Positions 9,121 through 19,502 of a stretch of 64,000 nucleotides of DNA are shown in pieces. The DNA lies in contig CAMYKY010000004.1 in NCBI GenBank assembly GCA_947259165.1, positions 10,733-74,732 of the forward strand, given 5' to 3'. The position numbers and the translations under genes were made by a program. The DNA comes from an uncultured Acidobacteriota bacterium. GTDB taxonomy: Bacteria; Acidobacteriota; Vicinamibacteria; Marinacidobacterales; SMYC01. Each line of letters opens with the position of its first letter. Positions within the stretch are counted from its first letter, which is position 1. The notes below the pieces were generated by a model. That model was not told the DNA's origin. It saw only the letters and a list, made by a program, of their open reading frames with translations, and searched no databases.

Positions 9121-10195
9121 GACGATCCCCTTTGCTGGCGCTCTGACCGCCCCGCTTCGACAGCACGTTCAGATAGCTTGCCATTTCAGACAGCGGCAAA
9201 ATCCGGTCAATGCCGCCGCGTTCGATCGCGGCTCTCGGCATTCCGTAGACCACCGAGCTCGCCTCGTCCTGCGCGACCGTATGCCCCCCGGCTTCCCGGA
9301 TCGCGGTAACACCATCCGCACCGTCTTCACCCATACCGGTGAGGATGAGCCCGATGGACTTCGAGCCGGAAACTTCAGCAATGGAGCGAAACAGCACGTC
9401 GGCAGACGGCCGGTGCCCCCGTACTGGCTCGGAACGGGTTAGCTGGACGGCAAGTTTCCCGTCTCGCCGCACGAGAACCATGTGATGACCTCCGGGAGCA
9501 ACGAGAGCCAATCCCGCCAGCACCGCATCGCCGTCGGCCGCTTCACGCACTTCGATGGTAGCCAGCTTGGCCAATCGCGCGGCGAATTGAGCGGTAAACC
9601 CCACGGGCATGTGTTGCACGATCAAGAGCGCCGGCCGAAATCCACCCTGGATCTCCGCTAGCAGGGTCGACAGCGCGTTGGGACCTCCCGTGGATACAGC
9701 AATACCTACGACCTCGCGCGCTGACATATCTCGCCCGATCAACAACTGGGGCGGTGAGGAAGGCGTTGAGTCGAGTGTGGGTCGGCGGATCTTGGCCTTC
9801 GCGGCCGCGCGTATTTTTGTCACCAAGTCGTCCCCCAAAGAGTCGACGGGTGTCGAGAAGATACGCTCCGGCTTGGTGATGAAATCGACAGCACCAGCGG
9901 CAAGGCCGTCGAACGTTGCTTGGGCCCCCTTCGACGTGTGCGCCGACAAAAGAATGACGGGCAGCCGAAATCTGTCGACGATCCGCTTGAGCGTCTGCAT
10001 GCCGCTGAGTCGCGGCATCTCGAGATCCAAGGTGATCACGTCCGGTTTGGATTCTGTGAGTCGTTCGATCTTGTCGAGAGCGAACACGCCGTCCATTGCG
10101 GTATCGACCACTTCGATATCGTCGTAAGGCTCGAGGAGCTTCACGAGCAACCGGCGCATGAAGGCCGAATCGTCGACCACGAGCACGCGTATCAC
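9113..10195 (-). CDS. cheB: Chemotaxis methylesterase (receiver + CheB)
   Basis: VLVVDDSAFMR; STGGP, QHMP, RPSAD, LTGMGEDG. Confidence 0.97.
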   Translation of the reverse strand: MIRVLVVDDSAFMRRLLVKLLEPYDDIEVVDTAMDGVFALDKIERLTESKPDVITLDLEMPRLSGMQTLKRIVDRFRLPVILLSAHTSKGAQATFDGLAAGAVDFITKPERIFSTPVDSLGDDLVTKIRAAAKAKIRRPTLDSTPSSPPQLLIGRDMSAREVVGIAVSTGGPNALSTLLAEIQGGFRPALLIVQHMPVGFTAQFAARLAKLATIEVREAADGDAVLAGLALVAPGGHHMVLVRRDGKLAVQLTRSEPVRGHRPSADVLFRSIAEVSGSKSIGLILTGMGEDGADGVTAIREAGGHTVAQDEASSVVYGMPRAAIERGGIDRILPLSEMASYLNVLSKRGGQSASKGDRHG

Positions 10196-12225
10196 TGTAG
10201 CGCCTCGACTTTTCGTGACAGGCTCACGTTTCGCTCCAAGAGCCCCCCGGGGTGCAAGATGAGAACAACCCGTCCATTGCCGAGAACCGACGCCCCAGCG
10301 ATTCCCGGATTTCGAGCGAGACCATCCTCAATCGGCTTGACGACGAGCTCTTGCTCTCCCAAGAGCCGTTCCGCGACAAGCCCGAACCGCCTCTCCGCCT
10401 CACCCACGAAGAGCACGAAGGCGCTCGATGAGCCCCCGTTTGTCGACGCCCGCAATCCGAGGACCTGGCGTAGCGAGATCAAGGGCACCACGTGGTCGCG
10501 CCACTGGACGACGCCGCGCCCCACAACGCTACTGGCTTGATCCGGCCGGAGCCGTACGATCTCCAAAACGCTCGTGAGCGGCACCGCAAACGCTTTGTCG
10601 GCGACCTCAACAAGAACGGCTCGCAGAATCGCTAGCGTGAGCGGCAAGCGGATCAGAAATCTCGTTCCGCGGCCGGGTGCGGTCTGGAGCTCAATCACGC
10701 CCTTGAGATTCTCGATCGACTCGCGGACCACATCCATGCCGATGCCTCGACCGGAGATGTCGGTGACCTCGTCCTTCGTACTGAAGCCCGGCTGGTAGAT
10801 CGTGTTGAGAATCTCGGAGGGGGCCAGTTGGTCGAGTTGAGACGGCTCGATCAATCCTTGCGTTACCGCGCGGCGCGCCACATGAGCGATGTCCATACCA
10901 CGCCCGTCGTCCTCGACGACGATGTGAGCGTGGTTGCCCTCGTAGAACGCGGAGAGTAACAGGCGGCCCGAACGCGACTTACCCGCCCGGCTGCGCTCGT
11001 CCGCCGCTTCCAAACCATGGTCGATGGCGTTGCGAACGAGATGTAACAACGGCTCACCGAGAGCGTCGACGATACTCTTGTCGAGCTCGGTCAGACCACC
11101 TTGGATTTCCAGATCGACGCTCTTGTCCCGCGAATGAGCAAGATCGCGCACGAGTCGAGGGAACCGACGGAAGACGTACTCCACCGGAACCATCCTGATC
11201 TTCAGGACCGCAGCCTGAAGCTCAGTCAAAGTCCGCTCGAGAAACTCGTTCGCCTCGCCCAGCCGGTCATGCGGATCGCCGTCGACGGATCCGTCGGATA
11301 GCTCCTCCAGAGCTTGCGCCACCATCGAGCGGCCGATCACCAGTTCTCCGACGAGGTTCATGATGCGGTCGATCTTCGCGACTTCGACCCGTAGAAGCTC
11401 CGACGAGGCTGCGCCTGCGCCACTCTGGGGGCCACCCGGGGTGTTGGAGGAGCTGCCCGCTAGGGCCCCGTCAGCGTCAGAAACGCTCGCGCGGGTTTCG
11501 TGGATCGGCTCGTCCGGATCCATCTCGGGCAGCAGTGCATCCGCCATCCGCTTCAGCACGACGCGCGACGTGACTCCGGGTACTTTCGCGGCCCTTCGAA
11601 GCTCGTTCGGTTTTGACTCCGAGCTCATCTCGACCATCCAAGTCGACGACTCTTCGATCGCGGCAGACTCGGGATCGGGGTCGACACTCAAGATCCGACC
11701 CAGTTTCTCGATCCGCTGTCGGATCAAGAACGCTCCGGCCGAGTGCATCTGGCAATCGCGCGCGAAGGACACGGTGATGCGAAAACTTGACCCAACCGTC
11801 GAGATCTCTTGGGTGCCGGGATCACCGCTCGGTGGTAGCAGCTTCTCGCACAGCGCGGAAATATCAGGAACCGGCGCGCCCGAATCGTTGCAGTAGCTCT
11901 CCAGTAGCGCACCCAGGAGGTCTCCGCACGCGAGCAACAGGTCGATATCCTTGCGGCGAAGGTGATCCATACGCCGGAGACCCTTGAGGTAGTCCTCCAT
12001 CCGATGAGAGAGCTTCGCCAGCTCCGTAAACGCCAGCGCCATCGAGTCGCCCTTGACCGTGTGAACCGTTCGCTCCAGCACACGCAGCACCTCGGTTCGC
12101 TCGGTAACACTCTCTAGCTCGAGCACCTTCGGACCGTAGGCCTCGATCATCTCCTTCGTTTGGGCGTAGAACACGTCTTTGAGCTGGGCCTGCTCTTCGG
12201 GCGTCAGGAAGTTCTGGTCGCTCAC
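10192..12225 (-). CDS. cheA: Chemotaxis histidine kinase
   Basis: Hpt HTVKG, P2-like segment, LMNLVGELVI-like dimer helix, HLVRNAIDHG, DDGRG, SGRGIGMDVV, C-terminal CheW domain. Confidence 0.97.
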   Translation of the reverse strand: MSDQNFLTPEEQAQLKDVFYAQTKEMIEAYGPKVLELESVTERTEVLRVLERTVHTVKGDSMALAFTELAKLSHRMEDYLKGLRRMDHLRRKDIDLLLACGDLLGALLESYCNDSGAPVPDISALCEKLLPPSGDPGTQEISTVGSSFRITVSFARDCQMHSAGAFLIRQRIEKLGRILSVDPDPESAAIEESSTWMVEMSSESKPNELRRAAKVPGVTSRVVLKRMADALLPEMDPDEPIHETRASVSDADGALAGSSSNTPGGPQSGAGAASSELLRVEVAKIDRIMNLVGELVIGRSMVAQALEELSDGSVDGDPHDRLGEANEFLERTLTELQAAVLKIRMVPVEYVFRRFPRLVRDLAHSRDKSVDLEIQGGLTELDKSIVDALGEPLLHLVRNAIDHGLEAADERSRAGKSRSGRLLLSAFYEGNHAHIVVEDDGRGMDIAHVARRAVTQGLIEPSQLDQLAPSEILNTIYQPGFSTKDEVTDISGRGIGMDVVRESIENLKGVIELQTAPGRGTRFLIRLPLTLAILRAVLVEVADKAFAVPLTSVLEIVRLRPDQASSVVGRGVVQWRDHVVPLISLRQVLGLRASTNGGSSSAFVLFVGEAERRFGLVAERLLGEQELVVKPIEDGLARNPGIAGASVLGNGRVVLILHPGGLLERNVSLSRKVEALQ

Positions 12226-13061
12226 GACAGGCCTACTTTCTTGTATGCCGTACCGCGGCTGTGATGCACGAACTTGAGCTCGGGGCTCGTCCCTTGCCCG
12301 GACTCCGAGTGGCCTAGAAAGAGGTACCCACCGGGACGCAGCGAGCGAATGAACTTTTCCACCACTCTTTTCTGCTCGTCTGGGTCGAAATAGATCAGGA
12401 CGTTCCGACAGAATACGATGTCGAGATCGCCGAGCCCGTTCTCGTGCTTCAGATTGTGAAAATCGTAGATGACGAGGCGCCTCACTTCATCTTTGACGCA
12501 GTAGCCCTCTGGACACGGCTCAAAAAACCGCCGGCGACGCCGGCGGTCGATGTCTTGAACCTTGGACTCTGGATAGACGCCGTTCGCAGCCCTTTCGAGC
12601 GCAGAAAGCGACAGATCCGATGCATAGATGCGCACGTCCCATGAAGAACGAGTCGTGAGCTGCTCGAGCACCGAGACTGCAATCGAATACGGCTCTTCGC
12701 CGGTAGAGCACCCTGCGCTCCAGATTCTGAGGCTTTGCTCCCCCGACTGGGTCTTGTGCCGGATGAGCTCTGGCAGTGCCACTTGTTCGAGCACTTCGAA
12801 CTGGGGTTGATTGCGAAAAAAGGAGGTCTCGTTGATCGTGAGCACGTCGAGAAGCTGAAGAAGCTCTTCCTCTTGTTCGTTCCCGCGCTGCTTCAAGTAA
12901 CGGTAGTAACGGTAGAAGCTTCCGATGCTCTTGGCGACGAGACGCTTGCCGATTCGCGACGACACGAAAGCCATCTTGTTGTCGGCGAAATAGAGGCCGC
13001 ATTCGTCGTGAATGAAATCGCGAAAGAGACGGAACTCGTCGGCGCTGATCTGCGCGATCAT
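12222..13061 (-). CDS. cheR: Chemotaxis methyltransferase
   Basis: TINETSFFR, WSAGCSTGEEPYS, CRNVLIYFD, GHSES. Confidence 0.97.
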   Translation of the reverse strand: MIAQISADEFRLFRDFIHDECGLYFADNKMAFVSSRIGKRLVAKSIGSFYRYYRYLKQRGNEQEEELLQLLDVLTINETSFFRNQPQFEVLEQVALPELIRHKTQSGEQSLRIWSAGCSTGEEPYSIAVSVLEQLTTRSSWDVRIYASDLSLSALERAANGVYPESKVQDIDRRRRRRFFEPCPEGYCVKDEVRRLVIYDFHNLKHENGLGDLDIVFCRNVLIYFDPDEQKRVVEKFIRSLRPGGYLFLGHSESGQGTSPELKFVHHSRGTAYKKVGLS

Positions 13062-13540
13062 CAGACCTCGCCCGGGGCGACGGCAACGGATGCATCGAGG
13101 GCTTCGGCATCGCCATCCGAAAGAAGGTGGCGTAAATCCAGAATGATGACGAGGCGATCTTCCAACTTCCCAACACCCTGGAGGTAGTCATCATGGATAG
13201 TGTGCTTGAGCTCGTCTGGAGCTGGATCGATCGCATCCGCGGCGAGTTTCATGACTTCGGTCGCCGCATCAACGAGAAACCCCACCGTGAAACCGTCGAG
13301 GTCAACGACAAGAATTCGACTCACCCGGTCCACCGTCGCCTTGCCGAGACCGAGTCGCTCCGCGAGGTCGACGACCGAGACAATCTTGCCACGAAGATTG
13401 ATGATACCGAGCACGTAGTCAGCGGTGCCAGGGACTGAGGTGATCTCCTGAGCCTTGACGATTTCACGCACGGCAAAGATATCGACGCCGAAGGTCTCCC
13501 TACCGATGCGAAAGCAAACGAGATGTGCTGTGCCCGCCAT
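13061..13540 (-). CDS. cheW: CheW scaffold
   Basis: VREIV..VP..GIINLRG..GFLVD. Confidence 0.95.
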   Translation of the reverse strand: MAGTAHLVCFRIGRETFGVDIFAVREIVKAQEITSVPGTADYVLGIINLRGKIVSVVDLAERLGLGKATVDRVSRILVVDLDGFTVGFLVDAATEVMKLAADAIDPAPDELKHTIHDDYLQGVGKLEDRLVIILDLRHLLSDGDAEALDASVAVAPGEV

Positions 13541-13549
13541 GGATGATTC

Positions 13550-15472
13550 TCACGCGCCAGAAAAAGTCTCGACGGAATCGAGTGCGGAGCGGACCTCGTC
13601 GGCCGTCGGCCGCGTCGATTCACCATTCGAGCGCACTGCACGCGAACCGTTTCCGTTCTGAAGAACGTGAAATCGAGAGGTAAGCTCGCGCATCAATCCC
13701 GCTTGGCGTGAAAGCTCCTCCGACGAGGCCGCAAGTTCCGACGAACTCTCGGCGTTTTGCTGAACCATCCCGCGAATCTGTTCGATCGAGTCGACAACTT
13801 GTTCCGTACCGCTCGACTGTTGCTCGGTTGCAGCGCTAATCTCGTGGGTGAGCTCGCCCAGGCGCGACGTCGCTTGTTCGATCTGCTGAGTCCCCGCGGA
13901 TTGTTCGGCAGTCGCTTCGCCGATCTCCTGAGAGCAGCGCGAGACTTCGGTCACCGAACTACCGATATTCTCGAGATTCGAACGGAGCTGCTCGGTACGC
14001 TCAATCCCTGTTGCAACGATGTTCGTCGACTTCTCCATATTCTCGACGGCTTTAGAGACCTGCGACTGAATACGCTGAACCAAATCGGAGATCTCGCCCG
14101 TCGATTTGGCGCTGCGCTCCGCGAGCTTGCGCACCTCTTCGGCCACCACGGCGAAGCCAAGACCGTGCTCACCCGCTCGAGCCGCTTCGATCGCGGCGTT
14201 GAGCGCTAAGAGGTTCGACTGCTCCGCAATCTCGTCGATGACACCCACAATCGTTCCAATGTCCTTGGCCATGCCACCCAGATCTCGGACAAAACCCGCG
14301 GAGGAGCGGATGACTTCCCGAATCTCCCCCATCCCGTGACTCGCGGCTTCCATCGCCGCGCCGCCTTCGTTGACCGCGGCGCTCGCACGCTTCGCGATCG
14401 ACACCAGACGTTCCGCGGTACCCGCCACCGTCTGGACCGAGCGCAGCATGTTCTCGATCGAGGCCAGCGTCTGCGTCGTAGAAGCGGATTGCGACTGCGC
14501 ATTGCGCGCAACATTTTGGATGTTTGCGTTCATCTCATGAAGTGTCGACGTGATGCCTTCTACCGCGCCCACCGTGGACTCGTTACCTCGAGCGGCGTTA
14601 CCAGTGGCACGCGCGACCGAATCACTCCCGGTCGCGACTTCATCGGCGGACGCTTGAACGTGGACAACGATCTCCCGGAGTCCGGCCGAGACGAGGTTGA
14701 ACGCCTTCGAGATCTCGGCCAACTGATCCAGCATGAGGTTGAACGCCATTGCCATTCGCCCAATCTCACCGCCAGCCGCAATATGGATTTTGCGGAAGTT
14801 GACTTGGATCTCTCGCGTCAGGTCACCGCTCGCCATAACCCTCGCCTCTTCGGCAAGCTGCTTCATATCCTGGTTGGCGATATCCTCCGCGGTCTTGGTC
14901 AGGTCGAGAAGCGGGGCCGTCACCTGACGAGCGACGAAGAGGGTTGTCGCGAAGGAGAAAAAGCCGACCACGAGGCTAAAGGCGAGCGCCGTCCACAAGC
15001 TCGCGCGATACTGGGCGGTGATTCTTTGCGTCGAGAGACCTAGCTGGATCGATCCAGTAATGCTTTCCCCGCGTCGCACCGGACCTACAATCTCTAGCGT
15101 GTCATCGCTCTTGGTTGCTTCGAAATCTGTGACGGTATCCGCGACACTCGGGTGCTCCTCGTCTTTGGGATAGCTCAGAAACTCCTGGCCGTCGGCATCG
15201 CGCACGACGATGTAGACCAGGTCCTCGTCCGCGCGAACCCAGTTGAAGACTTGGAGCACCGACTCCTCGTCCTCGAACTCCAGACCTGCAGCAACGCTGT
15301 GGGCGACCATCTGCGTGATGCTCCTCGCCTTGTTCTCGAGAGCTTCTTCACTCGCCGCGCGTTGACGGGACGGGAAGAAGAAAACGATGAAGGTGGCAAA
15401 GACCAACATCATGGCAGCAATGGGCAGGACGAACCGACTTCGAATCGACAGATTCGCAAACCAAGCGGTCAT
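13550..15472 (-). CDS. Methyl-accepting chemotaxis protein (2 TM, periplasmic sensor, HAMP, signalling domain)
   Basis: [40 protein letters not shown]. Confidence 0.97.
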   Translation of the reverse strand: MTAWFANLSIRSRFVLPIAAMMLVFATFIVFFFPSRQRAASEEALENKARSITQMVAHSVAAGLEFEDEESVLQVFNWVRADEDLVYIVVRDADGQEFLSYPKDEEHPSVADTVTDFEATKSDDTLEIVGPVRRGESITGSIQLGLSTQRITAQYRASLWTALAFSLVVGFFSFATTLFVARQVTAPLLDLTKTAEDIANQDMKQLAEEARVMASGDLTREIQVNFRKIHIAAGGEIGRMAMAFNLMLDQLAEISKAFNLVSAGLREIVVHVQASADEVATGSDSVARATGNAARGNESTVGAVEGITSTLHEMNANIQNVARNAQSQSASTTQTLASIENMLRSVQTVAGTAERLVSIAKRASAAVNEGGAAMEAASHGMGEIREVIRSSAGFVRDLGGMAKDIGTIVGVIDEIAEQSNLLALNAAIEAARAGEHGLGFAVVAEEVRKLAERSAKSTGEISDLVQRIQSQVSKAVENMEKSTNIVATGIERTEQLRSNLENIGSSVTEVSRCSQEIGEATAEQSAGTQQIEQATSRLGELTHEISAATEQQSSGTEQVVDSIEQIRGMVQQNAESSSELAASSEELSRQAGLMRELTSRFHVLQNGNGSRAVRSNGESTRPTADEVRSALDSVETFSGA

Positions 15473-15556
15473 TAGAAACTTCCTCCACCCGGCCGTTCGC
15501 CGGTGGGCTCAACACACAGCAATACCAATTGTGAGAGATGGTTCTAGCGTGGGCTA

Positions 15557-15574
15557 ATGCAAAAGACGAGCCAC
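15557..15574 (-). promoter_or_regulatory. Sigma54 (-24/-12) promoter of the chemosensory operon
   Basis: Minus strand reads GTGGCTCGTCTTTTGCAT (GG-N10-GC), about 85 bp upstream of the MCP start. Confidence 0.7.
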
Positions 15575-15597
15575 TGTCGCGGGGGAAGAATTCCGTC

Positions 15598-15610
15598 TAA
15601 TCTGTTGATT
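15598..15610 (-). promoter_or_regulatory. IHF-binding site
   Basis: AATCAACAGATTA matches WATCAANNNNTTR exactly, just upstream of the -24 box. Confidence 0.6.
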
Positions 15611-15718
15611 ACAAGCAAGATGTAGCGTGAGACCCAACGAGGACAGCACTTCTTTTTGTAATGTATCTTGGTATCCCGTAGGGTTTTGCACCCGTAAGAA
15701 GCCGCTTTATCCCTATAC

Positions 15719-15808
15719 CCCTCTCCCGTAAACGGGAGAGGGTCCCGAGCGACCCGCCTTCGCTGTTAGAGCTTCGGCGAGGTCACGGCGTAGCCTTGGC
15801 GAAGGCGG
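15719..15808. repeat. Two adjacent REP-like palindromes
   Basis: CCCTCTCCCG-TAAA-CGGGAGAGGG (15719-15742) and CCGCCTTCGC...GCGAAGGCGG (15754-15808). Confidence 0.7.
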
Positions 15809-15871
15809 AAGCGAGGGGGGTGAAGGTCGGATCGACGAGGAGGTAACATTCGATGCCTCGTCGCACTTCGA

Positions 15872-17680
15872 TTACCATTTGGGTCGGTTGTGAGTGGCGA
15901 TGAAGGCTTCGACAGTCGCAGGAACCGCCCGGGCTTCATTGTCACGGCCTTCCAGGTAGTATACGAAGTCGAACCTAGCGTTGTCATCACCGTACTCGGT
16001 CGCAAAGTTTCGCGCGATCTCGTTGGGGGGCAACGTGAGGCGGCCCGCGACCGTAATCGGTTCCAGACTCAGCCCAGGCGTGTCGGGTGAGGAGCGGTAG
16101 GCGCGCCAGATGACCTCGGTGCAAACCAGGCTTTGATCGGTCGCGAAATCGAAATCGAAATCGTAGGGGCGACCAAGAAACGAAAACGCTCGCACGATTG
16201 CCCGCGCCTTGATGACGTTGTCGACCCGAGGCCTAATCGCCGCCATGTGGTCGCCCGAAGATCCATGAACCGTGTTTTGAAGGACCCCCTCGCTAACGGC
16301 CTCGATCACCGTCAGCGGGTCATTGCTCGCACTCGACGACTCTCGTTGTCGCCACGCCAACGGGTAGCTCTCCTGCAAATACTCCGTCAACGTCATATCA
16401 CGACCCGACACCTCGCGGACCCACTCGAGAACCTTGGTATCGCGGTCGAGCGTCGACGCGATGGCCGCACCATCGCCGATGTAAAGCATTGCGTGCGGCC
16501 AGAAACCCGGGAGCCCGAGGTTGGACAGATACCAGTTCTTTCGCCCCAACAAGATGTCTCCGGGTTGCAGGCGGCTCTCCATGTCCCGCGCTTGCTCGGA
16601 CGCGATGAGATAGTGACCCGGCCGCACGAAGCGAACACTTCCCATCCACTCAGCCACTTCGCGCTGAATCGGGAATGTCAGATGCTTGACTTCGCGTAGT
16701 ACCGGCGCGAAGTCCCCCGCTGTCGCAAGCGCAACGGCTTCGTGGCGTTGTCGCTTCTCCGCAACGGCCAAATAGCGGTCGACTTCGAGCCAAAGCCAGT
16801 CGAAGCTCTCCGCCAAAGCGTCTACACGAGCGTGATGGACCGACTCGAGATAGGCGAGATAGCGGCGGCCGGCAGAAATCCTCGACAGATCGGTGAGGCC
16901 TGAAAGCTCTTCGCGAATCTGAGCTACGCTGTCGACGGTAATGCTGCGCTCTGGTCGAGCAAGATTGAGAAAGCGAACCACGTCTTCGTTGGCGGCGAGC
17001 AGTTCGATGATGCGCGTGGTGTTTTCGAAGAGGGAGAGCTCGGCCGCAAAGCTCAACAAAAAGCTTCTTACGTGGCGGAGGCGCTCCATCCGCGAGAGAT
17101 CGAATCGATAGAAGTCTTCGTGGAACAATCGAATCCGATCGAGGGCGACCGCCGTGTCCAAGTAGCTCGCCCACGCGTCAAGAACGAGCGCTTCCTCCTC
17201 CGCGGTTAACGCCCGCCGTCCATCGCCGCGAAACAGATCCTGTTGCGACTCGAGCTTCGCGACGATCCCCCGAAGCCCTCGGTCGAGGTCACGGAAGTAG
17301 CGGGCATCAAGATCGTGAGTCCGGCGGAACTCGACGTCGGTCATCGACGTCAAAGGTGTCGGACGCGCGATGAGAAACACGGCGACCAGACTCACGAGTG
17401 ACAGGCTCGCGAGGGTCAGAAACACCGCCGCCCGACGCCCTAGTTTTCGAGTCGTCGCCCCGGATCCGGCCCCGGTACGCTCCATTTGCGCCCCGACGGC
17501 AAACAGGGCGAAGCCGCACATCCACAGAAGAAGAATTCCGCCGACAACTGCAGGCGAAAAGCGCGTGCCCCAATCCGACGCCCAGTACCCGAGTACAACG
17601 CCGCCGCCGACCCCAAGCAAGACGTATCCCCCGCTGAGAAACCCTCGCCCCAAAGAAGCGCCGTTCGACTGAGTGCTCAT
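15872..17680 (-). CDS. Membrane-anchored permuted NlpC/P60 (YiiX/YebB-like) papain-fold hydrolase
   Basis: 3 N-terminal TM segments; LQPGDILL, GFWPHAMLY, IEAVSEGV, PYDFDFD, LVCTEV (His before Cys). Start placed at ATG 17680. Confidence 0.85.
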   Translation of the reverse strand: MSTQSNGASLGRGFLSGGYVLLGVGGGVVLGYWASDWGTRFSPAVVGGILLLWMCGFALFAVGAQMERTGAGSGATTRKLGRRAAVFLTLASLSLVSLVAVFLIARPTPLTSMTDVEFRRTHDLDARYFRDLDRGLRGIVAKLESQQDLFRGDGRRALTAEEEALVLDAWASYLDTAVALDRIRLFHEDFYRFDLSRMERLRHVRSFLLSFAAELSLFENTTRIIELLAANEDVVRFLNLARPERSITVDSVAQIREELSGLTDLSRISAGRRYLAYLESVHHARVDALAESFDWLWLEVDRYLAVAEKRQRHEAVALATAGDFAPVLREVKHLTFPIQREVAEWMGSVRFVRPGHYLIASEQARDMESRLQPGDILLGRKNWYLSNLGLPGFWPHAMLYIGDGAAIASTLDRDTKVLEWVREVSGRDMTLTEYLQESYPLAWRQRESSSASNDPLTVIEAVSEGVLQNTVHGSSGDHMAAIRPRVDNVIKARAIVRAFSFLGRPYDFDFDFATDQSLVCTEVIWRAYRSSPDTPGLSLEPITVAGRLTLPPNEIARNFATEYGDDNARFDFVYYLEGRDNEARAVPATVEAFIATHNRPKW

Positions 17681-17781
17681 GACTGTAGTTGGTAAGCTTG
17701 GACCCAAATCAATCTTAAGGCCGACAAGAAGAGCCCGCAACCCCTCGGAAAAGATATCCTGGCGCGCCCCCACGAACCTCA

Positions 17782-19038
17782 TCAATAAATGTTCTCCTCG
17801 ACAGACGGATCCCGTCGAACTCGCCAGATTTTTGAATCGAGGTAGTAGTGCTGCATCGCCCAACCCAGGAACAACGTGGCAGCAACGCGGGCACCCACCC
17901 CGGAGGACTCAGGCGATACCACACCGGCCAGCATCCCCACGCCCTGAAACACCCACGCATCCAACGCGTGCGCCAGCTCGCGTCTTGCGAGCTCCACCCA
18001 AGGGCCTTGGTAGCACACGAACGTAAACACGAGGCCGAGCCCCAGGTAGACAGGAACTGAATGGAATGCGACCCGCGCGTAGCGAAAGATCGTTTCACTC
18101 CCCCGAAAGTATTTGTTCCGCCCGTAGGACCAGACGAGCCGGTGATATTGGAGGTTGTGACCCACGGTCACAATGGGGACGACGAACAACGCCAAGAGAG
18201 GGTGAACAAAGACAGCGAAATGGAGCGCTACGATCGACAAAAGCAGCAGGAGCTTCGGGCCATTGCGGGGACGACCGTGTCGATATTGATGGGCTTGAAA
18301 CCAGACGAACGCCAGTATCGTCGCCGGATAGGCGACCACCATGAGCGGGTGGGCAACCGCCGCGATCGAGTAGGTGCCCAAAACCGGCGTTTGTAAGCCG
18401 AGCGCGGGCATCCCTGTCTGCGCGTACCAGGGGGCGGTGGCGAAAACGAGCAACGGTAAATAGAGTGCGGCGTTAAAAAACCACGAATCGACTCGGTTCT
18501 CTAGAACATCATCCCAATCATTGTTCCGTCGTTTGTACAGCACCAGGAATCCCCAGTGTTGCCTCACAACGTGGTAGTAGGCCCATAGACGAAAGAAAAC
18601 GAAAAAAACAGAAGAGCCGAGCGCCATCGTGGTTGGCGCGAGTGGGACGACCATACCCAACAGGTAGGGGCCGAACACGGCGGCCGGGCCAAGCGCGAAC
18701 AGAGCAATCGACGCGAGGAGCGTGCCCCGCCTCGACGCCCATTCGTCGGGGTCGAGCCACGTCCGGGCAAGCGTAGCCCATACGTGGGGTGCATCGATGA
18801 GAAACGCCCAACTCGCGACGACCACGAGCCCCAACGTAAGCCCCAGCGTGAACCCACCCAATTCGAGCTCGTAGAACGGATCGGACATTGGATTGTCGAG
18901 CCCGCGTCCGAAAAGGAGTACGAGGGCGATGTAGAGCCACCCGAATACGGCGGAGCCGATGTACCACGCCAGATCGGTACCACCGCCGTGGATCCAGTTC
19001 CAGCGCACTGCACCCCTGTTGCTTGGCCTGCGGTCCAT
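17782..19038 (-). CDS. Polytopic membrane protein with spaced His motifs
   Basis: About 10 hydrophobic segments; DAPHVWAT, YHVVRQHWGF, GHNLQY, QHYYLD. Confidence 0.75.
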   Translation of the reverse strand: MDRRPSNRGAVRWNWIHGGGTDLAWYIGSAVFGWLYIALVLLFGRGLDNPMSDPFYELELGGFTLGLTLGLVVVASWAFLIDAPHVWATLARTWLDPDEWASRRGTLLASIALFALGPAAVFGPYLLGMVVPLAPTTMALGSSVFFVFFRLWAYYHVVRQHWGFLVLYKRRNNDWDDVLENRVDSWFFNAALYLPLLVFATAPWYAQTGMPALGLQTPVLGTYSIAAVAHPLMVVAYPATILAFVWFQAHQYRHGRPRNGPKLLLLLSIVALHFAVFVHPLLALFVVPIVTVGHNLQYHRLVWSYGRNKYFRGSETIFRYARVAFHSVPVYLGLGLVFTFVCYQGPWVELARRELAHALDAWVFQGVGMLAGVVSPESSGVGARVAATLFLGWAMQHYYLDSKIWRVRRDPSVEENIY

Positions 19039-19088
19039 CGAACCGTATACTAAGTCAAGTCCTGTCAAATAAAGGAGAGGTCCTACCG

Positions 19089-19502
19089 ATGTATGTCGGA
19101 GAGTTCATGACTCGTGACCTGGTTAGCGTCCAAGAGGACACAAGTGTGAAGGAAGCGATGCTGCTCCTTCGCACCCATCGCATCCGCCACTTGCCCGTCG
19201 CGAATGGAAAGACACTCGTTGGGCTCGTCTCGGACCGAGATATTCGCAAAGCATCCCCCTCGCTCTTGTCCGGCATCGACAAGAACGACTACGAGCAAGT
19301 GCTCGAGGACACCCCCGTCGGCCGCATCATGACGCGAGAGCCATTTACCGTCACCGAAGCCACGTCGCTCGTGGATGCAATCTCCGTCCTCGTCGAGAAG
19401 AAGTTGGGAAGTCTTCCCGTTGTCGATGGCACTGAGATCATCGGAATCTTCACCGATATGGACGCACTCAAGATCCTGTTGAGCAAGCTAACCGCAGGCT
19501 AG
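19089..19502 (+). CDS. CBS-pair protein (AcuB-like)
   Basis: RBS AAGGAGAGG; IRHLPV..GLVSDRD, GSLPVV..GIFT. Confidence 0.9.
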   Translation: MYVGEFMTRDLVSVQEDTSVKEAMLLLRTHRIRHLPVANGKTLVGLVSDRDIRKASPSLLSGIDKNDYEQVLEDTPVGRIMTREPFTVTEATSLVDAISVLVEKKLGSLPVVDGTEIIGIFTDMDALKILLSKLTAG

